Positions 38,805 to 49,019 of a DNA stretch of 64,000 nucleotides are shown here, one piece after another; the first letter of the stretch is position 1; each line of letters begins with the position of its first letter. The notes under the pieces were generated by a model, which was not told the origin of the DNA, made no database searches, and saw nothing but the letters and a program-made list of their open reading frames with translations. The DNA comes from a virus. The stretch lies in IMG/VR virus record IMGVR_UViG_3300012012_001194, positions 1 to 64,000 of that record. One strand, given 5' to 3'. The position numbers and the translations under genes are program-made.

Positions 38805-39191
38805 TTATAAACCTAAGTGCTGGCGGAAACGACGATCGGACTCGCGCTCGGAAGTAGTCCGTCGTCCCACGTATGGATCGTTCATTGAGTCGTAATTGTT
38901 AGCCTGCTTTTCTGGTTTACCCAGTGACTTTGGCTTAACAGTGCGGTTAACATCGGCAGCCTTGATGAGGATTTCTAAAGCCTTGGCATGGTTAGTCAAA
39001 GCTGAAGCGGCCTTTTCACGGTCGGCTGGATCGATTCGTTCAAACTGGATGAGCGCTTCAACCGCTTTTGGAAGCAGGTCGTTGATGCGGGCATCAGCAG
39101 CTTGTTTTTGATTCAACTCTTTTTGAGCAACATCAAGTGCTGCTTCTACACATTGAATGTAATCAATGGTTTTTTCTGCAATGTTAGACAT
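38805..39191 (-). CDS. Putative scaffold-associated protein
   Basis: Helical with four K-x-A motifs; ATG at 39191 with GGAGG RBS. Confidence 0.55.
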   Translation of the reverse strand: MSNIAEKTIDYIQCVEAALDVAQKELNQKQAADARINDLLPKAVEALIQFERIDPADREKAASALTNHAKALEILIKAADVNRTVKPKSLGKPEKQANNYDSMNDPYVGRRTTSERESDRRFRQHLGL

Positions 39192-39208
39192 AAAAATAGC
39201 CTCCAAGT

Positions 39209-40450
39209 TTATCCAACGATGTCACGAACACACAGTTTAATCTGATTGCGCAAGTTTCTCTGTTGAGCGGTCTTAGCTTCGGTGAAGCTAAACTTACCAG
39301 CCCTACGATAAGCCTGAGCATATTTAATCAAGTTCACCAAATCGTTGGTTACTTGTCGTTTAGCGGAAGCCTGTTTGCCACCCATCATGGCAGGATCCAT
39401 CATAGCAGGATCCATCATGGCAGGATCCATAGGAGGAGCGCCGGCGTCTCCGCCACCACCGCCTTGTTGAATCATAGCAAGCAATTCTTCAGGGTTAATG
39501 CCTTGCTCTTGAAGGGCCATAAGCAACTCATGAGCAGCGTCGTCAGGGCTAGCACCAGCTTCTGGAGCGCCCTCGCCTTCGCCAGCCATCTGAGCCATCA
39601 TTGAAGGATCTACATCCATTCCGCCTTGATCGCCTTCAGTTTCTTCTTCAGCAGCTGGGTCACCAGCTTCGTCAGAAGGGGCAGCAGCTTCGCCTTCAGC
39701 AGCCTTATAAAAAGCGGCTAAATAGCTTCCTACCATGGCGGCTTTTTCTAGGCCATCAGCGATAGTGGCTTCAATTGATCCAGCTACAGCGTCTTGAGCT
39801 AGCTTAGTCAATTGATATTCTTCTTCAGTCAAAGTAGCGGCAGCGGATCCCGCAGCAGCCATCTTTTTGGCCTTGGATTTTTCTTCTTCTTTTTCTTTAT
39901 CCATAGGCTTAGATGCGTCGCCCTTTGCTTGCATCTTTTTTTGGATAAAAGGGGGCATCGTCTCAGCCGCCTCTTTAATTGAGTAAGCTATGTCTGAAAG
40001 AAGGTCATTAGCTTTCTTCTCAGTAAGGCCCCTAAGTGTCCCGAAAGAAAGGGAGCTGTACTTTTCGCCTTCGCTAGTCTTAGCGGGGTGTGTAGTACCG
40101 GGATCTTCTTTATCGCTCTTGTAGTTGTCTTCGTTAGCGGGGTCTTCGCCAGTTGAGGTGCTGGTGATGCCTACATTGAGCTGTTGATCTTCTTGTGAAG
40201 GAGAATCATCACTGGCGGAGTCTACTCCACCATTAAAGATGGTCTTCTTAACGTCAGATGTGTTTTCTTGTGAGCGTTGCCCTTCGCTAGCGGGTTGAGT
40301 GCCGTCATCAACGCTTTTGCTGGGGTGACTTGTGGCGCCGCCTTGGCTGCCGGGCTCAGTATTAGCTTCTGCGCGCTTCTTTACAGAAGCTTGTTTCTCG
40401 TTTTCAACTTCTGAGAGAAACTCTCGCAGCTGGTCAAATAGCTGTGGCAT
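39209..40450 (-). CDS. Putative scaffolding/prohead core protein
   Basis: 413 aa, acidic and low complexity, ~11 K-x-A motifs; between protease and capsid genes. Confidence 0.6.
   Translation of the reverse strand: MPQLFDQLREFLSEVENEKQASVKKRAEANTEPGSQGGATSHPSKSVDDGTQPASEGQRSQENTSDVKKTIFNGGVDSASDDSPSQEDQQLNVGITSTSTGEDPANEDNYKSDKEDPGTTHPAKTSEGEKYSSLSFGTLRGLTEKKANDLLSDIAYSIKEAAETMPPFIQKKMQAKGDASKPMDKEKEEEKSKAKKMAAAGSAAATLTEEEYQLTKLAQDAVAGSIEATIADGLEKAAMVGSYLAAFYKAAEGEAAAPSDEAGDPAAEEETEGDQGGMDVDPSMMAQMAGEGEGAPEAGASPDDAAHELLMALQEQGINPEELLAMIQQGGGGGDAGAPPMDPAMMDPAMMDPAMMGGKQASAKRQVTNDLVNLIKYAQAYRRAGKFSFTEAKTAQQRNLRNQIKLCVRDIVG
39383..39430 (-). repeat. 15-bp tandem repeat x3 encoding (MDPAM)n
   Basis: catcatggcaggatc units. 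Confidence 0.9.
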
Positions 40451-40596
40451 TGTAACTTTACTCCTTTATACGTTCAGCGTGTCGGTTGCAGCTATCCTTA
40501 GCTGACCTTGAGAGTAACTCTCACGCCTTTACTAATTCTGTACAGTACTTCAAAATCACGCAATACCGTATTATGCTTTTTTGTATATTTAATTAC

Positions 40597-42024
40597 TTAA
40601 GCCAATACGTTATAAGCAGCCACCGCTCTACAATAACTAGACACCTGAACTTCATCCTTAGCAGCAGCTTTAATCCATTGAAGCTGGTGCACGGCATAAG
40701 CCTTAGCCAGTTCTTCATACTTTCCGTTATCATTTGCGGTCTTTTCTAGCACCGCAGGGGCTTGTACATTAGCGATAACCAGCCTTCGAACGCCAGCTTC
40801 TAAGTTATTAGGGCTAAGCGAATGAGCCGCTGCCATCTTACAAGATTCTAGGTTTTGCTTTTCGGTAGATGTTGTCTTTTCTGGATCAGAACTCTTGTCC
40901 GTCGCCTTTTCAATAGTGGAGACGTCTCCAATGAGCTTAGTGAATACGCCCGGAAGTTGTTTCTTAACTTCTTTGGCAACTTTATCGTGTCCCTTAGCCG
41001 TTAGCCAGTCTTCAACGGACACTAAAATGCCTTGCTTAGCGCAGGCGGACCATGGGTAGCTGCCATTTGCAGAGCCTTGCTTCCAAAAAGACAAGGGTTT
41101 AACCCTGTCGTGAATTGCGGCTAGTAGTATCGGGCTGAATTCTTTGGCGGTCTTTTCTAGTTCAGCCATCTTAACGGCGACTTCGACCATTTTGCCGATG
41201 TCAGCAGAGAGGTCACCGCTTAGAACGCCAATCGAAGCACCTACTCCGGCAAGTTCAGCTAATTCTGCGCCACCAGCAACATAAACGCCAGAAGCTGCTT
41301 TGTAATGACCGACTACCCAAGCTATGCGGTCCGCTGGGCGATAAACATCGCTGATATCAAACCAAGTTGGATTAGGGTTGTCTACATGGAGAACATGGCC
41401 GTCTTCGGCTACCTTGGTCAGGTTAGCCTTGCAACCACCATACTTGCACATATCTTCGGTGCAGTACTCATCTCTGTTTCTTGCCTTATTACCACAGCCT
41501 GAGCAGACGTCATGGGCAACCTTGCAAGCCATGCTTACGCCCCAGTTATCATCCCCAGAAGCTATCTTCTGCATTTCTTTATCAGCAACTAGCCCCTTGT
41601 TACGGGCAGCGGCTTCTTTAGTGGCGTTAAGGGCTACGATAAGTTCAACCCTCTTCATCTTCTCGTTGAACATTGAGGCTTTGACTAAGCCGTAGCTCTG
41701 TTGCGGGTCTTTGTTCTTGTGATTGCGGTACCAGCGGGCATGCTTAATAAATGTATCGTGGTATTTGCGGCAAGTGGCTTCTTTAAAACCATCACCATTA
41801 CGGTTAGGGCCGTAAGCTTCCGTAGCTCCGATAGCGATCATATGAATAGGCTGTTCGCCTGGCTTAAATTCGATTCCTTTAAGGAGGTGGGCGGCTTCGT
41901 CACCCGCCCGCTTTACGAACGAAGATAAGTCAGACCCGACTAAGCCTTTAGAAGATAATTTTATAAGGGAGCTAACTGAGTCCCCAAAGTTCTGAGAGTT
42001 TGGAGCGATAATCTTGATCATCAT
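40597..42024 (-). CDS. Putative prohead (maturation) protease with Zn-ribbon-like Cys cluster
   Basis: PNRNGDGF, NHKNKDP, VSMACKV...CSGCGN resemble HK97/assemblin-clan protease His/Ser motifs; canonical position upstream of scaffold and capsid. Confidence 0.7.
   Translation of the reverse strand: MMIKIIAPNSQNFGDSVSSLIKLSSKGLVGSDLSSFVKRAGDEAAHLLKGIEFKPGEQPIHMIAIGATEAYGPNRNGDGFKEATCRKYHDTFIKHARWYRNHKNKDPQQSYGLVKASMFNEKMKRVELIVALNATKEAAARNKGLVADKEMQKIASGDDNWGVSMACKVAHDVCSGCGNKARNRDEYCTEDMCKYGGCKANLTKVAEDGHVLHVDNPNPTWFDISDVYRPADRIAWVVGHYKAASGVYVAGGAELAELAGVGASIGVLSGDLSADIGKMVEVAVKMAELEKTAKEFSPILLAAIHDRVKPLSFWKQGSANGSYPWSACAKQGILVSVEDWLTAKGHDKVAKEVKKQLPGVFTKLIGDVSTIEKATDKSSDPEKTTSTEKQNLESCKMAAAHSLSPNNLEAGVRRLVIANVQAPAVLEKTANDNGKYEELAKAYAVHQLQWIKAAAKDEVQVSSYCRAVAAYNVLA
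40916..40931. repeat. Dispersed palindrome copy 5 (15/16)
   Basis: atagtggagacgtctccaatg, identical over 21 bp to copy 1 but read in another frame (IGDVST). Confidence 0.9.
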
Positions 42025-42067
42025 GGCTTATGTACCTTATGAGGTAGTTTGTTGTTTAGCTAATCGG

Positions 42068-43057
42068 TTAAGGTTTAGGCGGAGGTTGCTTTTTAACCCA
42101 ATCTGCAATCAGACTATTAGCGTCGCCCACCGTGTTGCTGATAGCCCCGCCAGCGTTTGCGCCGCCAAGGAATCCAAGTATGCCTCCTGAGATGCCCCCA
42201 ATAGTTTTAAGACCGCCCCTAGTGAAGCCTAATCCGTAATCTCCAAACAGCCTATCGTTATTATGAGGTACCTTGTTTATAAGGCCGGTATCCTTAGACG
42301 CTATGTTAGTCCATGCGTTCATGCGCATCAACTCGGACTGAGATTTCTTAGCCGTAGATCTAAAGAGACGCTCTATGTCAGCAGGGACGCCGGGCCCTGT
42401 TACTCTTGGACCTTTGAAAGCCCCAACCAAATCAAAAGCACCGGGAAGTGCTTTAGAACCAAGGTATCCGCCGCCGACGGCTCCAGTAAAGCCGCCGATG
42501 CCGATACCTAGCTTGTTATCTTCAAATTCAGGGGAAAAAATAGGGGTTTCTTTAGCATTAGACCCCCCGTATGCCCCGCCTGGGCCTCTTCTAAGCATGT
42601 TAATAGGATTAATTGACCAAGGCCGAGCCGGGTCGTCAGGGACGGGCTGAGTGCCGTAAGATGTTGGAGGTATTATGTGCTGGCCCTGATCATCGGTCTG
42701 TACTGCGGCTGCAGCGTCAGGCGTTGAAAGAGCACCGATAGCGGCGCCAGGAACAGCGCCGGCAAGTGCGCCGTATAGGGCGTCACTTAGTTTTAGTTTC
42801 CTATTCTTTAAGTACCCAACCCCTAAAGAGCCAAGTCCGCCAATACCAGCTCCGGCTGCCCCGCCAATAATCGCTCTTCTTGATTCCTCTGGCAAGTCGG
42901 CAAATGATTTACGCACGCTATCGTACATCTCGCCAATGCCGGCGGCCTTTACATTATTAGACCTCTTAGCTGCTTGAACCTCGGCGTACTTAGTAGCCAA
43001 GATCTCGACGGCTTCAGAAGCTGACTTGGTCATTAGAGTATCAATAAACTTAGACAT
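42068..43057 (-). CDS. Glycine-zipper protein, putative internal/ejection protein
   Basis: 329 aa; several GxxxG hydrophobic segments; N-terminal TKSA and VKAA; no Cys. Confidence 0.6.
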   Translation of the reverse strand: MSKFIDTLMTKSASEAVEILATKYAEVQAAKRSNNVKAAGIGEMYDSVRKSFADLPEESRRAIIGGAAGAGIGGLGSLGVGYLKNRKLKLSDALYGALAGAVPGAAIGALSTPDAAAAVQTDDQGQHIIPPTSYGTQPVPDDPARPWSINPINMLRRGPGGAYGGSNAKETPIFSPEFEDNKLGIGIGGFTGAVGGGYLGSKALPGAFDLVGAFKGPRVTGPGVPADIERLFRSTAKKSQSELMRMNAWTNIASKDTGLINKVPHNNDRLFGDYGLGFTRGGLKTIGGISGGILGFLGGANAGGAISNTVGDANSLIADWVKKQPPPKP

Positions 43058-43084
43058 CGTGCGTCTCCGTAATCTAGTTATCTA

Positions 43085-44443
43085 TTATTTCTTATCGTCT
43101 TCTTTTTTCTTGGATCGTGACGACGAGCCTCTAGCCATCACATCTTTTCTTAGGCTAGAGGTGTCTGACCTAGTGTTTTCAATGTCCAGCATCTGCTGCA
43201 CATCTGTAGGATCGATAGCGGCGTTACCACCTTCAAGCCTTTTTCTCAATAACGGCCTCATAATAGAGGTGTTAGTGGAAGAGTCGGGAGCAATGTTACT
43301 GATCTCATTAAAGTGCATAGCTACGTCTTCTGGATGGTGCGCTCCAATGATGTCGTCATTGGCCATTAAGTCGGAAATGGCGGCGCTAGACCTGATGTTT
43401 TTAAGCATCATGTCTTGAGTAAGCTGGTCATTACGAAAACCGTAATCCTTAATTTCGTTACCAATATCCGACCCGCCAGACCTAGCTGCGTCCCAAGTGG
43501 ACTTAGCTCGGCTCGCCAACGTAGCTGCCTGTGGAACAGATACCCCTGCGGCTTTCTTGTCCATACCGTCTAAGACTGAGCCGGTATACTCTACAGGCAA
43601 TGAGTCAGAGAAGGCTGAAGAGATGGCTGAGCTAATCACCTTCTTAAGGTAGCCCACAGAAGCCGTTTTATTTAAATGAACTTCGGCTGCTTTAATGCAC
43701 CCGTGGATCAAGTTGTAGGGAGCCGCTTTAAGTTCAACAGGGGCTGCAATGTCGGCCACGGTGCCAGCTTGTTTCTTAAAGGATTTGTTTGAGCTTGAGA
43801 GGATGTTCAGCAAGGCTTCGGCCTTCTTACCGAAGAGCCTAACGCTGTTGTTCTGAACTACGGTAAAGGGCTTACCTCCAAAGGTTCTAAAGTAGCTGGC
43901 CAGCTTATTAATGCCGTCCATCATGCGATCCCTGCTTTGGGAGGAATCCGCACGTAGCTTCTCAGAGTTTCTACCTATCTTTTCGATCAAAGAGCTGATT
44001 GCCCTAGTGTGACCTAAGCCGTCACGCTCTAAGGGACGGTATCCACCCTTATCATCGGCTAACTTAGTAAGTGGCTTTAGTCCGACCTTCTCAGGTTCTG
44101 GGGCCCGGCGATAAGCGTCAGATATCAAAGTGTCACGCAGCAGGCTAGAGGCGGTCTTGACCCTGTCTGGGTAGACCGTGTCAATAACCGTCTTAAGGTC
44201 TGCCAGCTCAAATTCAGCAAGCTTCTCTAGCGGGTCTGCCCCCGATTGCCGCTGGGTCTCACTCCTACCGGTATTGTAGGCTCGAACCATGAGCTCTAGA
44301 TGGCCGACGGGTACTCCATTTGAGGACGCTGTTTTTGCCAGCGCCTCATTCGGTGAGCAACCAGAGTTTACAAGCTCGGCTACCTCACTCAAAGAGTCCG
44401 TGATTTTTGTTTCAGCTTCTTTGCTAAGCCTTGGTGTCGCCAT
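43085..44443 (-). CDS. Putative internal head protein rich in K-x-A motifs
   Basis: 452 aa, helical, ~11 K-x-A. Confidence 0.6.
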   Translation of the reverse strand: MATPRLSKEAETKITDSLSEVAELVNSGCSPNEALAKTASSNGVPVGHLELMVRAYNTGRSETQRQSGADPLEKLAEFELADLKTVIDTVYPDRVKTASSLLRDTLISDAYRRAPEPEKVGLKPLTKLADDKGGYRPLERDGLGHTRAISSLIEKIGRNSEKLRADSSQSRDRMMDGINKLASYFRTFGGKPFTVVQNNSVRLFGKKAEALLNILSSSNKSFKKQAGTVADIAAPVELKAAPYNLIHGCIKAAEVHLNKTASVGYLKKVISSAISSAFSDSLPVEYTGSVLDGMDKKAAGVSVPQAATLASRAKSTWDAARSGGSDIGNEIKDYGFRNDQLTQDMMLKNIRSSAAISDLMANDDIIGAHHPEDVAMHFNEISNIAPDSSTNTSIMRPLLRKRLEGGNAAIDPTDVQQMLDIENTRSDTSSLRKDVMARGSSSRSKKKEDDKK

Positions 44444-45365
44444 CGGCTCTGGCCTCCGGTAATTTAGTTCCTACTAATCTTTCCAATATGGACGTATCGC
44501 CGCCAGCTATCAACATAGCCTCATCAGCCCTAGGCTCCGCTGCATTAATGTCGTCATCAATCCAGCTTAGCTTATTCTTGTTATTAGCGTTTGACCCCGT
44601 GGTAACCACAGTAGACATAGCCCGCATAAAGTAATCAAGCACATTGCCGTCACCAGTGCCAGCAGCGCCTGCGGTACCGGCAGCGAGTTCTTGCTCTTTC
44701 TGGTGCATCTGCAGTAACTGTAGCTGATTCCAGCTGTTTGGAGCAACGATCTTAGAAGAATGAAGATTCTTTCTTAATAAGTTTGAGGTTATCTCGTTGT
44801 AAGCCCACTTATTAACTTCTGGATCTGCTTTATTATAAATTAGCCATTCAAGCTTCTCAGAGCCATAAAGGTAACCGTATAGCTTCCACATAACATCGAG
44901 GTCTCGCTCCGAGGCCCCAAAGAAAGCAGACTTACCAATAGCGAAGTGCATTATCCAAGAGTTGTTCTTAATACGGTCTATAACATTAAAGAATAGGCTC
45001 TCGTACCACTTTATGCATTTTGGAGACAAGTTAGACATCTCAGAGATAGATCCGATATCGCCTTGAGCTAGTATTCTAGCCTCCAGCTCCCAGCGCATGA
45101 TCTTAGCTTCTGGCTGTGTATAGATTTCATAGGCATCAGCTAAAGGCTGATTTGAAAGACACTTGGCGTAGTACTCCCAAGGATCTTCAATCTTATTAAG
45201 AAGGCTAGAGAACTTCCAAGCGGCTTGAACATACTTATCGTCCTCAAACCTGTCGGGGTTGCGCTTGCTGTTAAACAAGGCGACAGCCCTTCTCCAGCGC
45301 CAGTCAACGGGTCTAACCGGACTGGCCTTTCTAAAGTTAACATATTCGGAAAGGCTAGCTTCCAT
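44424..45365 (-). CDS. Hypothetical protein
   Basis: Likely start is the ATG at 45365 overlapping the upstream TAA; Trp-rich helical protein. Confidence 0.7.
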   Translation of the reverse strand: MEASLSEYVNFRKASPVRPVDWRWRRAVALFNSKRNPDRFEDDKYVQAAWKFSSLLNKIEDPWEYYAKCLSNQPLADAYEIYTQPEAKIMRWELEARILAQGDIGSISEMSNLSPKCIKWYESLFFNVIDRIKNNSWIMHFAIGKSAFFGASERDLDVMWKLYGYLYGSEKLEWLIYNKADPEVNKWAYNEITSNLLRKNLHSSKIVAPNSWNQLQLLQMHQKEQELAAGTAGAAGTGDGNVLDYFMRAMSTVVTTGSNANNKNKLSWIDDDINAAEPRADEAMLIAGGDTSILERLVGTKLPEARADGDTKA

Positions 45366-45796
45366 TAACCAACGTCGCTCCAACCAGTGATAGCAATGTC
45401 CCAAGTAGCGGCACCTGTGCCGGAAGGGTGAATTTGCAAATAGATTCTTCGTTGTCGATCGGAAAGAGGGCCGTCGCCGTTCTTGAAAGCCCGGCCGTAA
45501 TCGTCACTCATAGTAAGGTACTCACCAGAGGTTCCAGATGCGCTGGGGAATACTCGGTAAAGTTCTTGATCGTCTACATAATCGCCTTCTGGATCCGCTC
45601 CCCCAGAGGAAGAGCCGGCTGCAAACGCCTTTTTAGAATTAAAGACATCAACACTAAAGTTAACAAGAGCGTCGCCGCCAACTTGTTTAATGATGATCTT
45701 CTTAATAAACCCTTCGGAGAAGAACCCAAGCGCAAGCTGGGTAGTTTCGCCGTTGGGGGCGCTGACGCTTCGGTAGTGCTTTTCGTATATACGCAT
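45365..45796 (-). CDS. Small beta-rich hypothetical protein
   Basis: 143 aa; GGAG RBS. Confidence 0.7.
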   Translation of the reverse strand: MRIYEKHYRSVSAPNGETTQLALGFFSEGFIKKIIIKQVGGDALVNFSVDVFNSKKAFAAGSSSGGADPEGDYVDDQELYRVFPSASGTSGEYLTMSDDYGRAFKNGDGPLSDRQRRIYLQIHPSGTGAATWDIAITGWSDVG

Positions 45797-45807
45797 TTCT
45801 AGCTCCG

Positions 45808-48621
45808 TTACACGTTGTTGTCGTCTAGGCTGATGCCTTCGTCAGGGTACGAATCAATAGTCTTCTGCTTGAGGAACAGTAAGAGGTCGCCGAGCTGCTC
45901 AAAGGAGTTCCTAAGGTTGTCTTCAAGCTCAGGGATGTCCTTCTTGCCGTAGCGGTCTTCAAACTTATCTTTGTGCCAATAAAAGCTAAAGAGGATACGC
46001 CCAATCTTGTCCAGCCCGCCCATAAGGTCGCCCAAGTGACGGTCTACCATCGTGTCATCACGGACAGACTTGATTAAAGTACCAATCATAGAAGTATCAA
46101 ATACGTCCTTTTGGCCGGACTGCGCCGCTTGGTAGCCAACAGCCATGGTATTAGGGTCAGGGAGCCTAGGGTCGTATATCGCTGAGTTTGACTGCAGCGA
46201 TTGGCTGCTCATAGCAGGAAGTGCTTGCTGTTGAGGATAAGTAGATTGTACGCTGCCTAGCAACGTAGACTCCATACCCGAAGGTGGAGTTGGGAATGCA
46301 GGTGCAGAGGTGGAGCCCTGCATGGATGAATCAATAGGGTCGCCGGGAGCGGCTGACTTAATTAAATCCCCTGCGTCTTCTTTGGTAGGCAAGTGAACCC
46401 TGTAGTTTACTACCTTATTTTGTTTAGCCTCTTCAAGGATGGTTCTAGCTTGCTTCTCACGGAGAGAAGCGTCACGAACCAAGTGAATAAGAGCATCTTG
46501 AGGAGCCATTATCCTGCCGTTTACAGCAACCTCAGAACCAGTGTGCCGTACATTCAAAGAGGCCGTCTTTTGATAGATAGCGTGTTGAAGGTCGGTAAGG
46601 TTGCCTGGGGTTATAGAGCCGTCGCCGCTGCAGCAGTCTCCTGACAGCTTGATTACTTTAAAGCTACCAGGGATATAAAGGTCACCTTTAATAGCTTTGA
46701 TGCGTACGCCTGGCTTTTCAGTAACGTAAAGTCTACGCCCGCCACCGATCAGACGTGGGCCGTAACTGCTCATATCGCAGTCGTCGTAAGAGCGCTTGGT
46801 TATTACCTTGGGCAAGTAATCGGGTTTAGGCTGCGAGGCACTATCGTGATACATAACTCTGTAGTTTTTTGTGCCATCTGAAGAGCCTTCTACTTTGAGA
46901 ACTTCAAAAGGTACGCTAGCGTCGCCGCTTTCGCTGACAGCCATATAAACGCTGCCCTTAGCTAGCGATGAGATCTCAGGGAGCTTCTCAAAGAACTTAG
47001 CGTAGCTGTCGCCGCTGTCTTTACTTTCTGGTGCGTCTTGCCCGCCGTCACGTGGTGGGCGGGTGAATAAGTTGCCTGGATGACTATTGATCCAGTTCTT
47101 CTCGCCTGCGTAGCTAACTACGGTAGCAAAGTCCTGACGACCGGAGGGGCCGTGAGGCATTAGGAAGATAACAGTCTTGAGCATGGAGAACGGGGATATA
47201 AGAAGGTCGTAGATCCCTGTCGTAGGCGGGTTCTCTATAGAGGTCGGCTCTTGAACTCTGTAAGCGATAGCGGCATCGTCCTTAGTTCTGGCATCTCTAA
47301 AGATGACGCCGTCAGTAAGGAGCTTCTGCTTATCTGCTTCCGAAGAGTCCATGATACCGTCTGAGCCGTTATCAGAGGAGTTGAAGCTTCTTACAATAAT
47401 AGTAAGGCCTTGCTTCTCTTGCGGCCTAAGGTACACAGACTCTTCAGATAACACGCCTGGCTCAGTAAGTGTACTTAGCTTAGCTACGGCGTCCTTAATA
47501 AAGGTGCCGCCACAAGCTTTATCAATAGCCTCTGCCATCTTAGGAAACTGCTGGCAGATATCGATGAGGCCCTTGACTAGTTCTCGGTAGCTGCTTTTAT
47601 TATGGGCCGCTTCTTTATTTAAGAATGACTTCAAAGTAAGCTTATTATCGTACTTAGGATCAAGCTCCGGATTAGTGCAAGCATGTTTAGCTAGCTGCCC
47701 AATGCCGTCGAGCATTTCTTCTCTATCATCTGACCCAGCTTTGTAGCCGGCGGGTACTCCCATGCTTGCTCCACTGTTTCCAGGGTACTGCTGTCTCATG
47801 GGCTGTTGCATAGGGCTAGGGGCTGGACGTCTAGGGCCTTGCGTTCCTGTGCCGCCTTGTCCGCCGTTATATCCTGGAGTGCTCTTTGAAGGGTCCTTTG
47901 GATCCTTGCGGTACTCTAGACCAGTGCCTCCGTGACCGCCATTCCATCCCGCTACGGTAGCGGCGGGGTCTGGCTTAGAGCGTGTAGGTTGGGTCATCCC
48001 ATAGGCTTTATTAGAGGAGAAATTATTAGGGGCTGCACTGGGGTTTGCGTTGTCTTTGATGTTGATAGGAGGGAAGGCTTGCTTAGTATGGGAGGCAAAC
48101 TTAGATGGCGGACGGCTGAACGCTTGAAGGTCAGGAGTAAGGAAGCCTAAACGGCTCATGTTTTGATCAGTCTTCTTACCAAGGCTGGCAGGCTTACGGC
48201 GTAAGATGTAGTTAAGCCAGTTTTCTTTAAGCGGTACGAATTGGTCTTGGTCTTTAAGATAGAGGAGCTCATGCCCTTTAAGGTCGCCATTAATAAAGAA
48301 CACAGGAGCGTAGAGCCACTGGGTTCCTACTTTAAAACCAAACAAGCCTACTGCTTTGGTGTTATCTTCATTGCGCTCCATTAGCTCAAACCCAACTTCA
48401 TAGTCGAGAAGGCCTGGCGCTTTATCTTTTAAATAAGCATGGGCAAGGTTGCTAAATGCTTGCTCAAACTGAGTGTCGTTGCCTTCGCCACCAAGCTCAG
48501 CTTGCTTGACGAAGCCATTGATAGGGGGCAGTTCGATAAGAAACTTGTTATTATTGCTCATATTCTTAACCTTCCCTGGCTTAGAAATTAACATAGAGCC
48601 ATTATGCTCTTTATTTTCCAA
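45808..48621 (-). CDS. Large putative head/internal protein with K-x-A motifs
   Basis: Up to 937 aa (start uncertain); folded blocks alternate with low-complexity segments. Confidence 0.65.
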   Translation of the reverse strand: MENKEHNGSMLISKPGKVKNMSNNNKFLIELPPINGFVKQAELGGEGNDTQFEQAFSNLAHAYLKDKAPGLLDYEVGFELMERNEDNTKAVGLFGFKVGTQWLYAPVFFINGDLKGHELLYLKDQDQFVPLKENWLNYILRRKPASLGKKTDQNMSRLGFLTPDLQAFSRPPSKFASHTKQAFPPINIKDNANPSAAPNNFSSNKAYGMTQPTRSKPDPAATVAGWNGGHGGTGLEYRKDPKDPSKSTPGYNGGQGGTGTQGPRRPAPSPMQQPMRQQYPGNSGASMGVPAGYKAGSDDREEMLDGIGQLAKHACTNPELDPKYDNKLTLKSFLNKEAAHNKSSYRELVKGLIDICQQFPKMAEAIDKACGGTFIKDAVAKLSTLTEPGVLSEESVYLRPQEKQGLTIIVRSFNSSDNGSDGIMDSSEADKQKLLTDGVIFRDARTKDDAAIAYRVQEPTSIENPPTTGIYDLLISPFSMLKTVIFLMPHGPSGRQDFATVVSYAGEKNWINSHPGNLFTRPPRDGGQDAPESKDSGDSYAKFFEKLPEISSLAKGSVYMAVSESGDASVPFEVLKVEGSSDGTKNYRVMYHDSASQPKPDYLPKVITKRSYDDCDMSSYGPRLIGGGRRLYVTEKPGVRIKAIKGDLYIPGSFKVIKLSGDCCSGDGSITPGNLTDLQHAIYQKTASLNVRHTGSEVAVNGRIMAPQDALIHLVRDASLREKQARTILEEAKQNKVVNYRVHLPTKEDAGDLIKSAAPGDPIDSSMQGSTSAPAFPTPPSGMESTLLGSVQSTYPQQQALPAMSSQSLQSNSAIYDPRLPDPNTMAVGYQAAQSGQKDVFDTSMIGTLIKSVRDDTMVDRHLGDLMGGLDKIGRILFSFYWHKDKFEDRYGKKDIPELEDNLRNSFEQLGDLLLFLKQKTIDSYPDEGISLDDNNV

Positions 48622-48647
48622 CTCTGCAACAATTACAGTGGCGATTA

Positions 48648-49019
48648 TTATCTAGGTCGCATATTTAATAGGTTTCGAGTCATGCTACCGCTATTCATTA
48701 GGTCGAGCATAATTCCAAACCTTGTCGCCTGGGCCATCTTAGCATAATTACCATTCGAGGTGTTAGTGGAGACGTCTCCACTATTTACCTGAGATACGGC
48801 AGCGGCCTGATTAGATACAGAAGGCAGTAGCGTAGACGGGGCCATGGCCTGCGGAAGTGTGTTTACTTGGGCTGCGGCTTGCGGAGATGGCTTACCAGCT
48901 TTAGCAGCAGAAAGGGGAGGCGTAGCGGATGAGCCGCTGCTGGCGGCAGGCTTAGGAATCGATAAGTCTTTTGGAGAAGCGGCGCCAGCAGCTGCCCATT
49001 TATTAAGAAAATAGCTCAT
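48648..49019 (-). CDS. Low-complexity hypothetical protein
   Basis: 123 aa, Ala/Ser/Pro-rich; coupled to the RNAP gene (TAATG). Confidence 0.6.
   Translation of the reverse strand: MSYFLNKWAAAGAASPKDLSIPKPAASSGSSATPPLSAAKAGKPSPQAAAQVNTLPQAMAPSTLLPSVSNQAAAVSQVNSGDVSTNTSNGNYAKMAQATRFGIMLDLMNSGSMTRNLLNMRPR
48764..48783. repeat. Dispersed palindrome copy 6 (perfect 20-mer)
   Basis: Read as SGDVST in 48648..49019. Confidence 0.95.

Noticed and set aside
40451-40596. Sigma-70-like promoter upstream of the scaffold gene (TTGCGT-17-CAGAAT), and a similar candidate at 53379-53463
   Set aside because: Matches are weak and I could not derive a consistent phage promoter consensus by eye
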